From positions 172,715 through 236,714 of the forward strand of contig CAWFMQ010000014.1 of the NCBI GenBank assembly GCA_963816905.1: DNA of 64,000 bases. Reading direction: 5' to 3'. Below, piece after piece: positions 21,959 to 32,442 of this stretch. The notes beneath the pieces are model-generated. The model saw only the letters and a list, made by a program, of their open reading frames with translations. It was not told where the DNA came from and did not search any database. Both the position numbers and the translations under genes were made by a program. This DNA comes from an uncultured Chloroflexia bacterium. Lineage in GTDB: Bacteria > Chloroflexota > Limnocylindria > Limnocylindrales > CSP1-4. Position 1 is the first letter of the stretch. Every line of letters begins with the position of its first letter.

Positions 21959-22294
21959 TCAGCCGGATGGCAGCGCAGCACGAACGGCCGCCGCGATTGC
22001 CGGCAGATCGCGCTCGACCGTGGTCTTGAGCACCGCCAGGTCGACCTTCGCGTAGTCATGGACGATCCGATTGCGCATCCCTCGGAGCGCGGCCCAGGGG
22101 ACCGACCCGATGGCGGCCGCGGTTTCTGGCGAAAGCCGCCTGGCGCACTCCGCCACCTGCGTGATCCGCATGATCACCGCGTCGACGGTTTCGGGCACCG
22201 ACGTCCAGTCGGCTCCGCGGCGCGACGCATACGCGACCGCCGTCTCCGCGTGGATGACGATCTGGCCGAGCAGGTCGCGGTCGCGCTCATCCAT
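21959..22294 (-). CDS. hepT: HepT-like toxin (DUF86, RX4HXY motif)
   Basis: 111 aa; RNRIVHDY motif. The ATG overlaps the upstream MntA stop. Confidence 0.8.
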   Translation of the reverse strand: MDERDRDLLGQIVIHAETAVAYASRRGADWTSVPETVDAVIMRITQVAECARRLSPETAAAIGSVPWAALRGMRNRIVHDYAKVDLAVLKTTVERDLPAIAAAVRAALPSG

Positions 22295-23141
22295 AGATCA
22301 CCACGCCCTCCTGCTCGGCTCGTTCCCGGATGTCCGGACGGAGCGTCGTCGGCTCCACGACGTCGACGTCGCGGTCGAACAGCGCTTCCAGTGCGCGGCG
22401 AAGGTCCGTCTCTGACGTGAGCGATCGCTCGACTCCGGGCCGGTGCTCGACGAGCACGTCGATATCGGAGTCGGCGCGAAGGTCTTCGCGAACGGCTGAT
22501 CCGAATACCGTCACGCGGTTCAGCCCGAACCGGCGCACCAGGTCATGGAGTCGTCGCTGCGACGGCCGCGGAATGTCCGGGTTGAGGTGTCCGAGCCGGC
22601 GCGCGGAGGGGGAGCCATGCCGCACGCGATCCGGAAACGACCGCATGACCCGGCCCTTGTGTACCTGGGTCTTCTCGGCTCGTTCGCGAAAGGACGGGTC
22701 GTCGAGGAGGCGGTCCCGGAGCTCGTCGTGGTCGATGAGGAACACATTCGGCGCGCCCGCCGAGAAGCGCCGCAGGGCACGCCGGAGAGTGACAAGGTCC
22801 CGGGGCTCTGCAGTCCAGGTCGTCACGACGAGCCAGCCGGCCTGGTCACGGCCCGCGAACTCGACGGCCGGGCTCGCACACAGGACGGTCCGGATGACCT
22901 GGTCGAGCGGCTTCCGATTCGCCGCGAGCACGAGAAGCGCCTCCACCACGGCTCCCTCGGCCAATCGGTACCGCCGATCCTCGCGACGCACCGCCCCCTC
23001 CTCGATGAGCAGCCCGAGTGCACGCTGCGCGCTCGACACCTCGACTTCCAGCGCGTGTGCGACGTCGCTGAGCGAAACCGCGCCCAACTGTTCGAGGGCG
23101 AGTGACGCGAGGCCGGCGACCTCGGAGCGAAGGAGGCTCAT
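22287..23141 (-). CDS. mntA: MntA-like nucleotidyltransferase antitoxin with ~180-aa N-terminal wHTH extension
   Basis: C-terminal ...RVTVFGSAVREDLRADSDIDVLVEH (GS-x9-DxD NTase motif). The N-terminal 180 aa carry an HTH-like stretch. Single uninterrupted ORF. Confidence 0.7.
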   Translation of the reverse strand: MSLLRSEVAGLASLALEQLGAVSLSDVAHALEVEVSSAQRALGLLIEEGAVRREDRRYRLAEGAVVEALLVLAANRKPLDQVIRTVLCASPAVEFAGRDQAGWLVVTTWTAEPRDLVTLRRALRRFSAGAPNVFLIDHDELRDRLLDDPSFRERAEKTQVHKGRVMRSFPDRVRHGSPSARRLGHLNPDIPRPSQRRLHDLVRRFGLNRVTVFGSAVREDLRADSDIDVLVEHRPGVERSLTSETDLRRALEALFDRDVDVVEPTTLRPDIRERAEQEGVVIYG

Positions 23142-23207
23142 GCAGCGATGTTACGCTCGTAGCATAGAACTGTGCGCGGCGACGCCGCCGCGAGGCGCGA
23201 CGACCGA

Positions 23208-24161
23208 TCAGCCCCGGAAGCGCACCTCGAACCGCTCCGCCTCGTCGGTCAGCCAGGCCAGATCGTCGGCGCCCAGATCCAGGTCCGCCGCTCGAACGTT
23301 CTCCTCGAGCTGCTCGATCGTGCGCGCCCCCGGGATCGCCACGACGTTCGGGTGCGAGAGCAGCCACGCAAGTGCGACCTGCGCCCTGGTTGCTCCATGC
23401 GTCTCTGCAACCTCGGTGACCGCCGCGACCAGCGGCCGGGCCAGCCTGCGCCCGCGCTCCCGGTAGAGCGGGTTCATGCGCCGCACGGGGCCCGCAGCCG
23501 CCCGTCGGTCGGCCGAACCGCGATCCGGTTCGGACGCCAGCAAGCCCTGGCCGAGCGGGCTGTAGGCGACGATCAACCGGCCGCGCTCGCCGGCATAGGG
23601 CACCAGCTCCCAGCGAGGTGCGGGGCTGGCCAGGCTGAACCGCACCTGGTTGGCAATGACGGGGAGGCGCAGCGCCAGCTCGGCCGCGCGCCACCGGGAC
23701 AGCGAATGGTTGCTCACGCCGACACGCACGACGGTTCCGCTCTCGACCAGTGGCCGCAGGGCGGCCATCGTGCGCCGCGGCGACACGAACGGATTTGCCC
23801 AGTGGACGTAGTAGAGGTCGAGCGGATGCCCGCCGAGGCGCCGCACGCTTCCCTCGGCCTGGCGCTGGACCATCGGGCCGGTGGGCATGACCGGAATGAA
23901 CTTCGTGGCCACGGTCAGCTCCGAGCGCTGCTCGGCCCCCAGCTGCCCCACCACATCGCCGACGATCTGCTCCGATCGGCCGAAGGCGTAGACCTCGGCC
24001 GTGTCGATCAGCGTAACGCCGAGCTCGACGGCCCGACGAACGAGCGCAGGCGCCATCTCTCGCGCGTAGTCGTCGCCGTAGCCCCACCCGCCGGGTCCGA
24101 ACTGCGCGGTCCCGAGCCCGATGACGGAGACCCGGAGGCCGTCGACCTGGACGTGGCGCAT
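23208..24161 (-). CDS. Aldo/keto reductase
   Basis: ...VIGLGTAQFG...DTAEVYAFGRSEQIVG... AKR family motifs. Met at 24161. Confidence 0.8.
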   Translation of the reverse strand: MRHVQVDGLRVSVIGLGTAQFGPGGWGYGDDYAREMAPALVRRAVELGVTLIDTAEVYAFGRSEQIVGDVVGQLGAEQRSELTVATKFIPVMPTGPMVQRQAEGSVRRLGGHPLDLYYVHWANPFVSPRRTMAALRPLVESGTVVRVGVSNHSLSRWRAAELALRLPVIANQVRFSLASPAPRWELVPYAGERGRLIVAYSPLGQGLLASEPDRGSADRRAAAGPVRRMNPLYRERGRRLARPLVAAVTEVAETHGATRAQVALAWLLSHPNVVAIPGARTIEQLEENVRAADLDLGADDLAWLTDEAERFEVRFRG

Positions 24162-24277
24162 GGCGGCATGGTCCCACACCGACCCGGGGCGCGTGGGCTC
24201 GTTCCGCCTCGCCGCAGCCGACCCCGACCGCGCCGCAGGCACCCCTTCCGGTTGACGGCACCCCGACAATCGGCAGC

Positions 24278-24688
24278 GTGGATGCCGGGGACCGAAGGCG
24301 TCGGACTGTCACCGATCTGCTGGAGTCGGCGCGCGGCTGCATCGATCGCCTCACGCCGGCCGCCGCCCTCGCGGCCATGTCGACTGCCGGCGCGCTGCTG
24401 GTCGACACGCGGTGTGCCGAGAACCTCCGCGAGCAGGGCACGATCCCGGGATCCGTCCACGTGCCGCTGTCGGTCCTGTACTGGCGTCTCGACCCCGCGT
24501 CCGGCCACGACGATCCGCGCCTCTCGGACCCGGACCGCATGGTCGTGCTCATCTGCGCCCACGGATACAGCTCGAGCCTTGCCGCGGCGACGCTGCGGGA
24601 CCTCGGCTTCTCGCGGGCGACGGATGTCATCGGCGGCTTCGAGGCCTGGGTCGCGGGAGGCCTGCCGGTCGAGCCGTGGGGCGGCTGA
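24278..24688 (+). CDS. Rhodanese-domain protein
   Basis: Single rhodanese domain with catalytic Cys loop (VVLICAHGYSS). Confidence 0.7.
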   Translation: MDAGDRRRRTVTDLLESARGCIDRLTPAAALAAMSTAGALLVDTRCAENLREQGTIPGSVHVPLSVLYWRLDPASGHDDPRLSDPDRMVVLICAHGYSSSLAAATLRDLGFSRATDVIGGFEAWVAGGLPVEPWGG

Positions 24689-24764
24689 CCGCTGGGCGGT
24701 CCGGCCAGTGACGCCAGGACCGGATCGACTCGTCGCCGGCGTAGATGGACCGCAGCCAGGTCCG

Positions 24765-25413
24765 TCAGTCGCGGGGCAGCTCGATCAAGCCTCGCTCGAT
24801 CGCCCGCGTGACGGCCGAGGTCCGGTCGGTCACGCCGAGCTTCTCGAAGATGTGGGCGAGGTGGGTCTTGATGGTCGCCTCGCTGATACGCAGCGCGTGC
24901 GCGATCTCCTTGTTGGACGCGCCGCGGGCGACCAGCGCGACGACCTCGAGCTCGCGCCCCGACAGCGCCTCGGCCCCTGTGCCCGGACGAGGCGCCAGCG
25001 CGGTGCATGAGGCGAGCGGCGACCGAGGGAGCAAGGGGTGCACCGCCGGCGACGACGCTGCGCGCCGCGGCGAACAACGTCTCGCGCGGCGCGTCCTTCA
25101 GCATGTACCCGGCTGCTCCGGCCTCGACCGCCCGCAGGATCTGGGCGTCTGAGTCGTAGGTCGTCAACACGAGGACGGGCGGTGGGTCGGGCAGCCGCCG
25201 GATGCGGGCGATCGCTTCCACGCCATCGAGGACCGGCATCTGCAGGTCCATCAGCACGAGATCGGGTCGGGTCGCCAGCACCTGCTCGATGGCCTGCGCA
25301 CCGTCGGCGGCCTCGCCCACGACCGCGAAGCCGGCGTCGGTCTCGAACATGCCACGGAGGCCGGTTCGGACGACGGGGTGATCGTCGACGATGAGGAGGC
25401 GGATGACGGTCAT
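24765..25413 (-). CDS. NarL/FixJ-family response regulator (receiver + LuxR HTH); frameshift in linker near 25000
   Basis: Receiver MTVIRLLIVDDHPVVR...DLQMP (frame of 25413). LuxR HTH ...LSGRELEVVALVARGASNKEIAHALRISEATIKTHL... (ORF 24765..25043). Confidence 0.75.
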
Positions 25414-26723
25414 CGCGCAACCAGCTCCGGCGTGGGCTCAGGCGCCGGGGCGGGCGCGGGCAGGCTGACCGCGATCGTGGTGCCCTCGCCGGGCGCGCTC
25501 TCCACCGCCACGCTGCCGCCGAGCGCCTCGGCTCGCTCGCGCATGCCGAGCAGGCCGAGACCGCCCGCAGGACCCGGCGCGAGCGCGGTCGGGTCGAAGC
25601 CGCGACCGTCATCGGCCACGTCGAGGGTGACCTCGCCGGGGAAGTACGAGAGCGTGACGGTGACGTGGCTGGCCGCCGCGTGGCGGCGGACATTGGCGAG
25701 CGCCTCCTGCGTCGCGCGCAGGAGCGTGACTTCCACGTCGGGGTGGAGGGTGCGCACGGTCCCTGTGACGGTGACATCGGTGGGCGGCCCGTCCTGGGCG
25801 GCGGCCGCGGCGACCCGCTCGATCGCGCCCGGGAGCCCGCCACCGGCGAGCGCGTCGGGTCGCAGCGCCCAGGCCAGGCCGCGCGCCTCGGCCAGGCTGC
25901 TACGGGCCACACCTTCCGCTTCCTGCACGTGGTGCCGCGCCCGCGACGGATCGGTATCGAGCGAGACGTCGGCAGCCTCGAGGTGGGCGACCACGCTCGC
26001 GAAACCCTGGGCGAGCGTGTCATGGATCTCGCGCGCCAGGCGGCCGCGCTCCTCCTGGACGCCTTCTTCGCGTTCGGCCGCAGCCAGCTGGCGGCGCGTC
26101 CGCTCGAGCTCGTCGATGAGCCGCCGGCGCTCCAGGCTCTGCCGCGCGATCGCCCCGATCCAGAGCGACATCGCGAACCCGAAGGCGATCTGGACGAGGT
26201 CCGAGGCGATGTGCGGCGCGGCGTCGGCGAGCTGCCAATCGTAGAGATTGAGCTCGGAGAGCGTGAGCGCGATCGCGAGGCCGATACGCTCCCACGACCA
26301 CGGCCGAGCGCCTGGCATAGAGCAGGAAGAAGATCTGCGGGTAGAGCGAGAACTCGAGGTAGCGCGAAGTACGGATTCAGCTGGAGCAGGATCCCGAAAC
26401 AGAGCGTGACCGCCGCCGCATACGGCACGGCGTAGTCGAACCACCAGCCCCACTGCCGGGGATGGCGCATGAACATCGCGACGTACAGGACGAGCAGCAG
26501 GCCCGCGAGGGCGACGGCGACGACCATCGCCTCGACCGTCATGCTCCAGGAGATGCAGCGCGAGCGCTGTCGCGACGACGATCGTCGCGATGTTCCAGAC
26601 GTGCCACAGCGGGAGGCTGCGCACCCATACGTCGGACGGCGCCGCGGTCGCCGTCGCATTACCAGCGGCGGCGACACCAGCGGGTATGTTGGACGGTGCG
26701 GGCGCCATGCTCATCCGCGTCAT
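25410..26723 (-). CDS. Sensor histidine kinase (HisKA_3/NarX-DesK type)
   Basis: N-terminal TM region; H-box ...LAREIHDTLAQGFASVVAHLEAA...; HATPase_c G-boxes. 4-nt overlap with the response-regulator start. Confidence 0.8.
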   Translation of the reverse strand: MTRMSMAPAPSNIPAGVAAAGNATATAAPSDVWVRSLPLWHVWNIATIVVATALALHLLEHDGRGDGRRRRPRGPAARPVRRDVHAPSPAVGLVVRLRRAVCGGGHALFRDPAPAESVLRATSSSRSTRRSSSCSMPGARPWSWERIGLAIALTLSELNLYDWQLADAAPHIASDLVQIAFGFAMSLWIGAIARQSLERRRLIDELERTRRQLAAAEREEGVQEERGRLAREIHDTLAQGFASVVAHLEAADVSLDTDPSRARHHVQEAEGVARSSLAEARGLAWALRPDALAGGGLPGAIERVAAAAAQDGPPTDVTVTGTVRTLHPDVEVTLLRATQEALANVRRHAAASHVTVTLSYFPGEVTLDVADDGRGFDPTALAPGPAGGLGLLGMRERAEALGGSVAVESAPGEGTTIAVSLPAPAPAPEPTPELVAR

Positions 26724-26739
26724 CGTAGACTCGCGCGAC

Positions 26740-27552
26740 CTACGCGAACTGCGTTCCGACGAACCGCCGGTAGATGAGGAGCGCGGCGACGCCGGAGGCG
26801 ATGCCCCAGCCGACGACCCAGGCGAGGTCGACGATCGGCTGCACCGGGATCGGCAGTCCGGTCATCGACTGCGCGAGCATGGACAGGTGGTACGTGGGGG
26901 TGAACTCGGCGACCTGGCGGACCGACGGACGGGAGATCGTCGAACGTCCATGAAGACGCCGGCGGTGAGCGAAAGCGGCATCAGGATGAGGAGATTCACC
27001 GCACCGGCGCTCCCGGGGCGAACCAGGAAGCCGACGAGGAAGCCGATCGGCGCGAGCACGAGCGAGCCGACGAGGAGGAGTGCCCGCGGTGGCGAGCCAC
27101 TGTCTCGAGCGGCAGCCGGGCACCGGTCGCTAGCGCCCTCGATCCCGAGCAGGACCATGATCGCGGTGGAGGCGACGAGCACGAAGGCGAGCTTCGCGAC
27201 GAGGTACACCGCGGCCGGCATCGGGGTGACGCGGGCGAGCCGCAGGTCGCCCCGCGCCCGCTCGTCGGCGATCGTATGGCCGATTCCGGAGAGGGAGACG
27301 CTGAGCACGCCGAAGATGCTGAAGACGACGATGAGGTAGCCGCCCACGGTGCCACCGCCGGGCACGGGCTCCGGCGGCCCGCGAGATGCCGATGATCGGT
27401 AGAAGAACAGCGGCAGGGCGATGGCCGCCATCGCGAAGTCGGGTGCGCGGAGGTGGCGGCGCAGCTCGGCGGCAGCCTGGAGCGCGAAGGGCCGCAGGCG
27501 TGGGCGGTCGACGCCCGGGTCGGGCCGGGGTCGTAAGCGTCAGGGTGTTCAT
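26740..27552 (-). pseudogene. ABC-2 type transporter permease (two frameshifts)
   Basis: TM-rich segments across three minus frames (ORFs 26740..27123, 26862..27431, 27130..27666). ATG overlaps the upstream ATPase stop (ATGA). Confidence 0.55.
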
Positions 27553-28470
27553 GACTCGGTCTCCTGCACGAGGTCGAGGAACGCCGTCTCGAGCGCCCGC
27601 TCTTCGACGGTGACCTCCTCGACTGGGTTGCTCCGTTGAACAGCCGCCCCAGGACCGCCTCGGCATCGACGGCCACGATCTCGAGGCGCGACCCGGTTCG
27701 CTCGACGCGGACCACGCCGGGCCATGCCGCGACGATCGGCCGGGTCGAGGTCGGCCCGCACGTGGATCGTCTTGCCGCCGGCCTGTGCCTTGACCTGCGG
27801 CGGGGTGCCGTCGCGCACGATCGGCCGTGGTTGATGACCACGATGCGGGTGGCGAGCGCGTCGGCTTCCTCGAGCAGATGGGTGGCGAACAGGACCGTGG
27901 TGCCCTGCGCGGCGAGGTCGGTGACGACGTCCCAGAAGCGGCGCCGGCTCTCGACGTCGAGGCCGGTGGTGGGCTCGTCGAGGACGACGAGCTCGGGATC
28001 GCCGCAGAGCGCGAGGGCGAAGAACAGGCGCTGGCGCTGGCCGCCCGAGAGCTTGCCGGCGCGGCGACCCTCGAGGCCCGTCGAGCCCCGCCGCGGCGAT
28101 CACCTCGGCGGCGCGCCGGGGATGCGGGTAGTAGCTGGCGAAGAGCTCCACGAGCTCGGCGACCGTGAGCATCGGGGGAACGCCGGACTCCTGGAGCATC
28201 GCGCCCACCGGGCGCGCGCCTGCGGGTGCTCGGGCGGCAGCCCCAGCAGCCGGACCGTGCCGGCGGTAGGCGCGGCGCAGACCCAGGATGAGCGAGAGCG
28301 CCGTCGTCTTCCCGGCGCCGTTGGGGCCGAGGATCGCCGTGATCTCCCCGGGCCGGACGACGAGGTCGACGCCGCGGAGCGCCTCGACCGCGCCGTAGCG
28401 CTTGGTGACGCCGCGCAGCTCGACGACCGGGGTCGGGGTGAGGGTGAACGCTGGAACCGCGTCAAACTGT
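27549..28470 (-). pseudogene. ABC transporter ATP-binding protein (frameshifted)
   Basis: Walker A ...GPNGAGKTT..., signature/Walker B region and C-terminus ...[19 protein letters not shown]... lie in different frames. No clean start codon. Confidence 0.6.
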
Positions 28471-28836
28471 GCGAAACCTGGCTGGCGATGCGATGGTCAC
28501 GAGGGTTGTCTCCGAGCTGCCGGTGTTCTGCTTCCGGACCTGCTCGCAGTGTCCGTCGCGGCGCAGGCGCGGACCATCGGTCGCCCATCCACGCCGGGGT
28601 CGGATGATCGGACGATGGGGTCCCCCATTCGGGGGATACGGGACGACGCCTCGCTCACATCGTGGCCGCCTCGGGCACCGTCGCTCGACCGCGCGACGGC
28701 CATGAAGGCGGCAGGGGCGTTCCCCGCCGAGGGTGTCATGGACAAGCGCTCATCGCGGCACCCTCCTCCGTTGGCGGACCGCGATGGCGAGTCGGACGGC
28801 CGTTGGCCGTTTGCGGGCGAGCAGGTAGTCGACTTC

Positions 28837-29466
28837 TCAGCGAAGTCCGTAGCCGAAGCGGGCGGCCGCGACGCGAAGCGCGATATCGAGACCGCGATGG
28901 GAGAGCGGCGTGTTGAATGTGGGATGCGACGGCAGGGCGTCCTCGCTGCGCTCGTAGAGCACCACGTTCGTGTCGGGCTCGCCCGCCATGCAGGAGCGGT
29001 AGGCGAGGCCGGCGACGTCCCGGTAGGCCTCGTGGATCGCCCGCGACCAGGCCTGACTGACCGAATGCGGTCCCGTGGCGAGCGCCTGGCTGCCGCCGGC
29101 CCGGGTCGGCCACGAGCCCCGCAGATCGAGCAGCACAAGCGGCGCGTCGATGCGGAATGCACAGAGGTACGGCTCGTCGATCCAGCGGTCGATGAGGCGC
29201 GTTCGTGAGAAGACCTCGGCGAGACATCCCGGCGCCTGGAGTCCCGCGTACAGGATCCTGCGATCGGCACACTCGCCCGTCGGCAGCGGGTGATGGTCGA
29301 ACCTGCCCGCTGCAACTGGGCCGTACGAACGAAACGAGGACCAGGTCGCGGGATGGGGCCCGGCCATGGCATAGACGCGCCACAGGATCGATCCGACGTC
29401 GAGGAGCACCGTCTCGTCACCCAGCGCCGGCAAGGGCTCCCGGGGACGGCGGGGTAGACGTACCAC
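28837..29466 (-). CDS. RES-domain toxin
   Basis: ...GRFDHHPLPTGECADRRILYAGLQAPGCLAEVF... carries the R-E-S signature. GTG start directly after the antitoxin stop. Confidence 0.6.
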   Translation of the reverse strand: MVRLPRRPREPLPALGDETVLLDVGSILWRVYAMAGPHPATWSSFRSYGPVAAGRFDHHPLPTGECADRRILYAGLQAPGCLAEVFSRTRLIDRWIDEPYLCAFRIDAPLVLLDLRGSWPTRAGGSQALATGPHSVSQAWSRAIHEAYRDVAGLAYRSCMAGEPDTNVVLYERSEDALPSHPTFNTPLSHRGLDIALRVAAARFGYGLR

Positions 29467-29469
29467 GAC

Positions 29470-30087
29470 TCAGAGATCCGCGGCGACGGCTCGGACGGCG
29501 CCGATGTCTCCTCCACTCGCGAGCCAGTCAATCGGCGAAAGGCTCGTGCCACCGGTCTGCAGCTCCGGATCCGGCAGCGCGAGCCAGTTCCAGACCGCCA
29601 CCGGATGCAGCGCATCGCGGATCAACGGAAGGACCCTGGCAAGCCCGCGGATCTGCTCGTGCTCGCTGAATTGCCGGCGCGGCAGGAGCCACGCATCGTC
29701 CTCGCGGATGCCGAACAGCGTCCGCGCGCGGAGCCGCTGGCGAACCCGCGACGGGTCCACGCCCAGAAGCCTCGCAGCCTCTTCGACCGTGAGCGACGTT
29801 AGACGCAGTCCCTCGAACGTCGCACGGGTCTCGGCGGCGACATCTGGCACGCGATCGGCGAGCGCGTGCATCACCAGCCCGCCACCTTCCAGTAGTTCGA
29901 TTGTCGGGACATCGAACGATGTCGGAACCGGCTCGTTCTGCCTCGCCTCGCCGATCGCCTCCCCGAGCGCGTCGAACACGGACTCAATCGGAACCCCGTG
30001 CCTCGACGCCGCCGATCGCAGCGTGTCCACGACTTCCCTGGCCGCTGCACGCGCGGCCGAGTGTTGTCCCTGCGGGTAGGCTCTCAT
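29470..30087 (-). CDS. Xre-family antitoxin with DUF2384 (RES toxin partner, MbcA/ParS-like)
   Basis: HTH ...LTVEEAARLLGVDPSRVRQRL...; C-terminal W/P-rich DUF2384-like region. Start assigned to Met at 30087. Confidence 0.55.
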   Translation of the reverse strand: MRAYPQGQHSAARAAAREVVDTLRSAASRHGVPIESVFDALGEAIGEARQNEPVPTSFDVPTIELLEGGGLVMHALADRVPDVAAETRATFEGLRLTSLTVEEAARLLGVDPSRVRQRLRARTLFGIREDDAWLLPRRQFSEHEQIRGLARVLPLIRDALHPVAVWNWLALPDPELQTGGTSLSPIDWLASGGDIGAVRAVAADL

Positions 30088-30467
30088 GGCCCCAGAGTCC
30101 GACTCCGGCCGTCTTCCCGACGAGCGTGTCACCAGAACAACTCCCGTACCATCCTGATCAGGAGACCACGGTAGTCCATCGTCTGGTGCCATGTCAAGCC
30201 GGCAACGGCGAGACAGCCGGCAACGGCGAGACTGTGTTGGTCGGCGACGTCGTCGACTTGGCACGGCTGCAGGGCATACTGTCGCAGGTCGGCGAACTCG
30301 GCCCGGTGCCGTCGCTCGTGAGCCGGATGGATCCCGTCCCATCTGGCCGGCCGAACCCGGCCCCGCGACGGGGCACAAACGAGAAGGGCCCCGGAGGTCG
30401 CGCAACGCCGTGATGCCGGGTGAGGTCGGAGCAACGTGATGCCACGTCGGGCAGGAGGGACGAGCGA

Positions 30468-31374
30468 GTGACGAACCAGTCGACCCCCGTGGTGCGCAGG
30501 CACGGCAACTCCTACGACATCTTCATCCTCGTCCTGACCATCATGTCGCTGGCGATCATGGTGCTCCTGCTGCTGCCCCTCGCCCCCGCGGAACTCGACA
30601 CGCTCAGGGTGTACGACAACCTCATCTGCTTCATCTTCATCGGGGACTTCCTCCTGTCCCTCTCCGGTTCGCACCCGCGCAGCGAGTACTTCATCCGGCG
30701 CCGTGGCTGGATCGACATCCTGGGATCGATCCCCAGCCTGGGCATCATCCCGGCCTTCGGGCTCCTGCGCCTCTTCCGGCTCTTCCGGCTCGCCCGCATC
30801 TCCCGCATGCTGCGCGGCCAGCGGAAGAAGGAGCTGATCAGCGACATCATCCACAACCGCAGCCAGTACGCGACGTTCATCACACTGCTGCTGGCCATGA
30901 TCGTGCTGGTGAGCTTCGAGCCTGCTCGTGCTGCAGTTCGAGAGCCGCGCGCCGAATGCGAACATCCTCACCGGCGGCGAGGCGCTGTGGTGGTCGGTCG
31001 TGACCATCACGACGGTGGGCTATGGCGACTTCTATCCGGTCACGGATCTCGGCCGGCTTGTCGCCGTCTTCGTGATGTTCGCGGGCGTCGGCATCATCGG
31101 CGCGCTGGCGAGTATCCTCGCCAGCCTGCTGGTCTCACCGGCGCCGGCGGACGAGCCCGAAGAGGCGGCCGGGGACGAGCCAGCGGCAGGCGCGGCCACG
31201 GCCGGCCAGGCGATGGTGACGGACGGTGGGGCGCAACTCGTCCCCGGCGGCATCGACACGGAACTGGCTCGGACACGCGCGGAGATGGCGCAGACCCGGG
31301 CGGAGATGGCGGAGCTGCGTCGCCAGATCGCAGCAGTGGCGGTGCCGGCGGCAAGCCAACAACAGGGATCGTGA
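30468..31374 (+). CDS. Voltage-gated-like K+ channel (ion_trans, S4 + TVGYGD filter); frameshift near 30915
   Basis: GTG 30468 with GGAGGG RBS. S4 LRLFRLFRLARISRMLRG in frame 0; pore ...WWSVVTITTVGYGDFYP... in frame 1 (ORF 30928..31374). Confidence 0.7.
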
Positions 31375-31638
31375 TCCGGGGGCTGTCCGCCTACGAGACC
31401 GGATGGGCCCAGCGTTTCCATGTGCCGATCCGGACGAACGGGCTCCGAGCCGCCGGTGAGCTCACCGCCCCGGCTGCCGCGTCGATCCAGCGGCGCGAGC
31501 GCCGCCACCTCGTACAGCACCAGGGGACGGGCCCCGTCGTCGGCGCGACCCACATGGTGATCCGGACTGGCGTTACATGAGACGCGGCCCGGGCACGGCC
31601 ACCGCGCCCGGGCAGGGCTCCACTGGGGCGATCAGACC

Positions 31639-32211
31639 TCAGGCGTCCACGTGGCGCCGCAACCGGACGAGGTAGACGAGTGCGACGGCGGCAAACGCCA
31701 ACTGGACCATCACCATCAGGCTGTCCAGGTCGACTCCCTGGTCATTCGGGTCCGGGCTGATCATCCACGGCGCGGTGGCGCCCATGGCGAGGTGGAAGTT
31801 GAGGCTCATGAAGGCGCCGACGATGGCCGTGAGAGCCATGATCCCCAGGAGCAGGCTTCGCTGGTTCAGGCTCATTCGCGACCAGCGCACGAGCCACACG
31901 AGGGCGGTGGCGATGAGTGTCACGCCCACGCACACTTCTCCGATCATCACGAGGTAACCGAACATCTGGGCGTTCGGGATCACGAACCCGTCGATGAAAT
32001 CCTTGTACCAGCCGGTCTGGTCCTGCGTCGAGTCGGACAGGGTCCCGGCCAGCGTGCCCGGGAAGTTGTCGGCCAGGATCTTGGAGAGGCCCGACATGAG
32101 CCACTCGTAGCCCAGGAACAGCTGGACGGCGAGGAATCCTGCCAGCAGCGGTCTGGTATCTGCAGTCGCAGCGGGACCGGCGACGCGAGGAATGCCGATC
32201 GCAACGTTCAT
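31639..32211 (-). CDS. DoxX-family membrane protein
   Basis: Four TM helices with a DoxX-like pattern. Start at internal Met (MNVAIGIP...). Confidence 0.5.
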   Translation of the reverse strand: MNVAIGIPRVAGPAATADTRPLLAGFLAVQLFLGYEWLMSGLSKILADNFPGTLAGTLSDSTQDQTGWYKDFIDGFVIPNAQMFGYLVMIGEVCVGVTLIATALVWLVRWSRMSLNQRSLLLGIMALTAIVGAFMSLNFHLAMGATAPWMISPDPNDQGVDLDSLMVMVQLAFAAVALVYLVRLRRHVDA

Positions 32212-32442
32212 GACGAGAACCTCCCACATTCCCGGGCTCGACGAGGGCCAGGTTGCACTCGGTTGGGGTCTCAGCGGCGTACGGATTCGTGAAACCGCTC
32301 GGGAGCGTAGACGGAGTGCTGTGGCAATGCGAGTGCCAATCGGATCATTCGCGGCGGTCGCCGGGCCAGGGCGACGGCGCATCGGCGACCGCTGTGCCGC
32401 CCAGGACAGGTCAATCGCTGCTTGCCCGCCCTCGAGCCGCGT

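Noticed and set aside
22846-25413. 855-aa minus-strand ORF
   Set aside because: Arg/Gly/Pro-rich translation running antisense to or out of frame with MntA, the AKR and the rhodanese. Only its first ~150 aa (the response-regulator receiver domain) are real.
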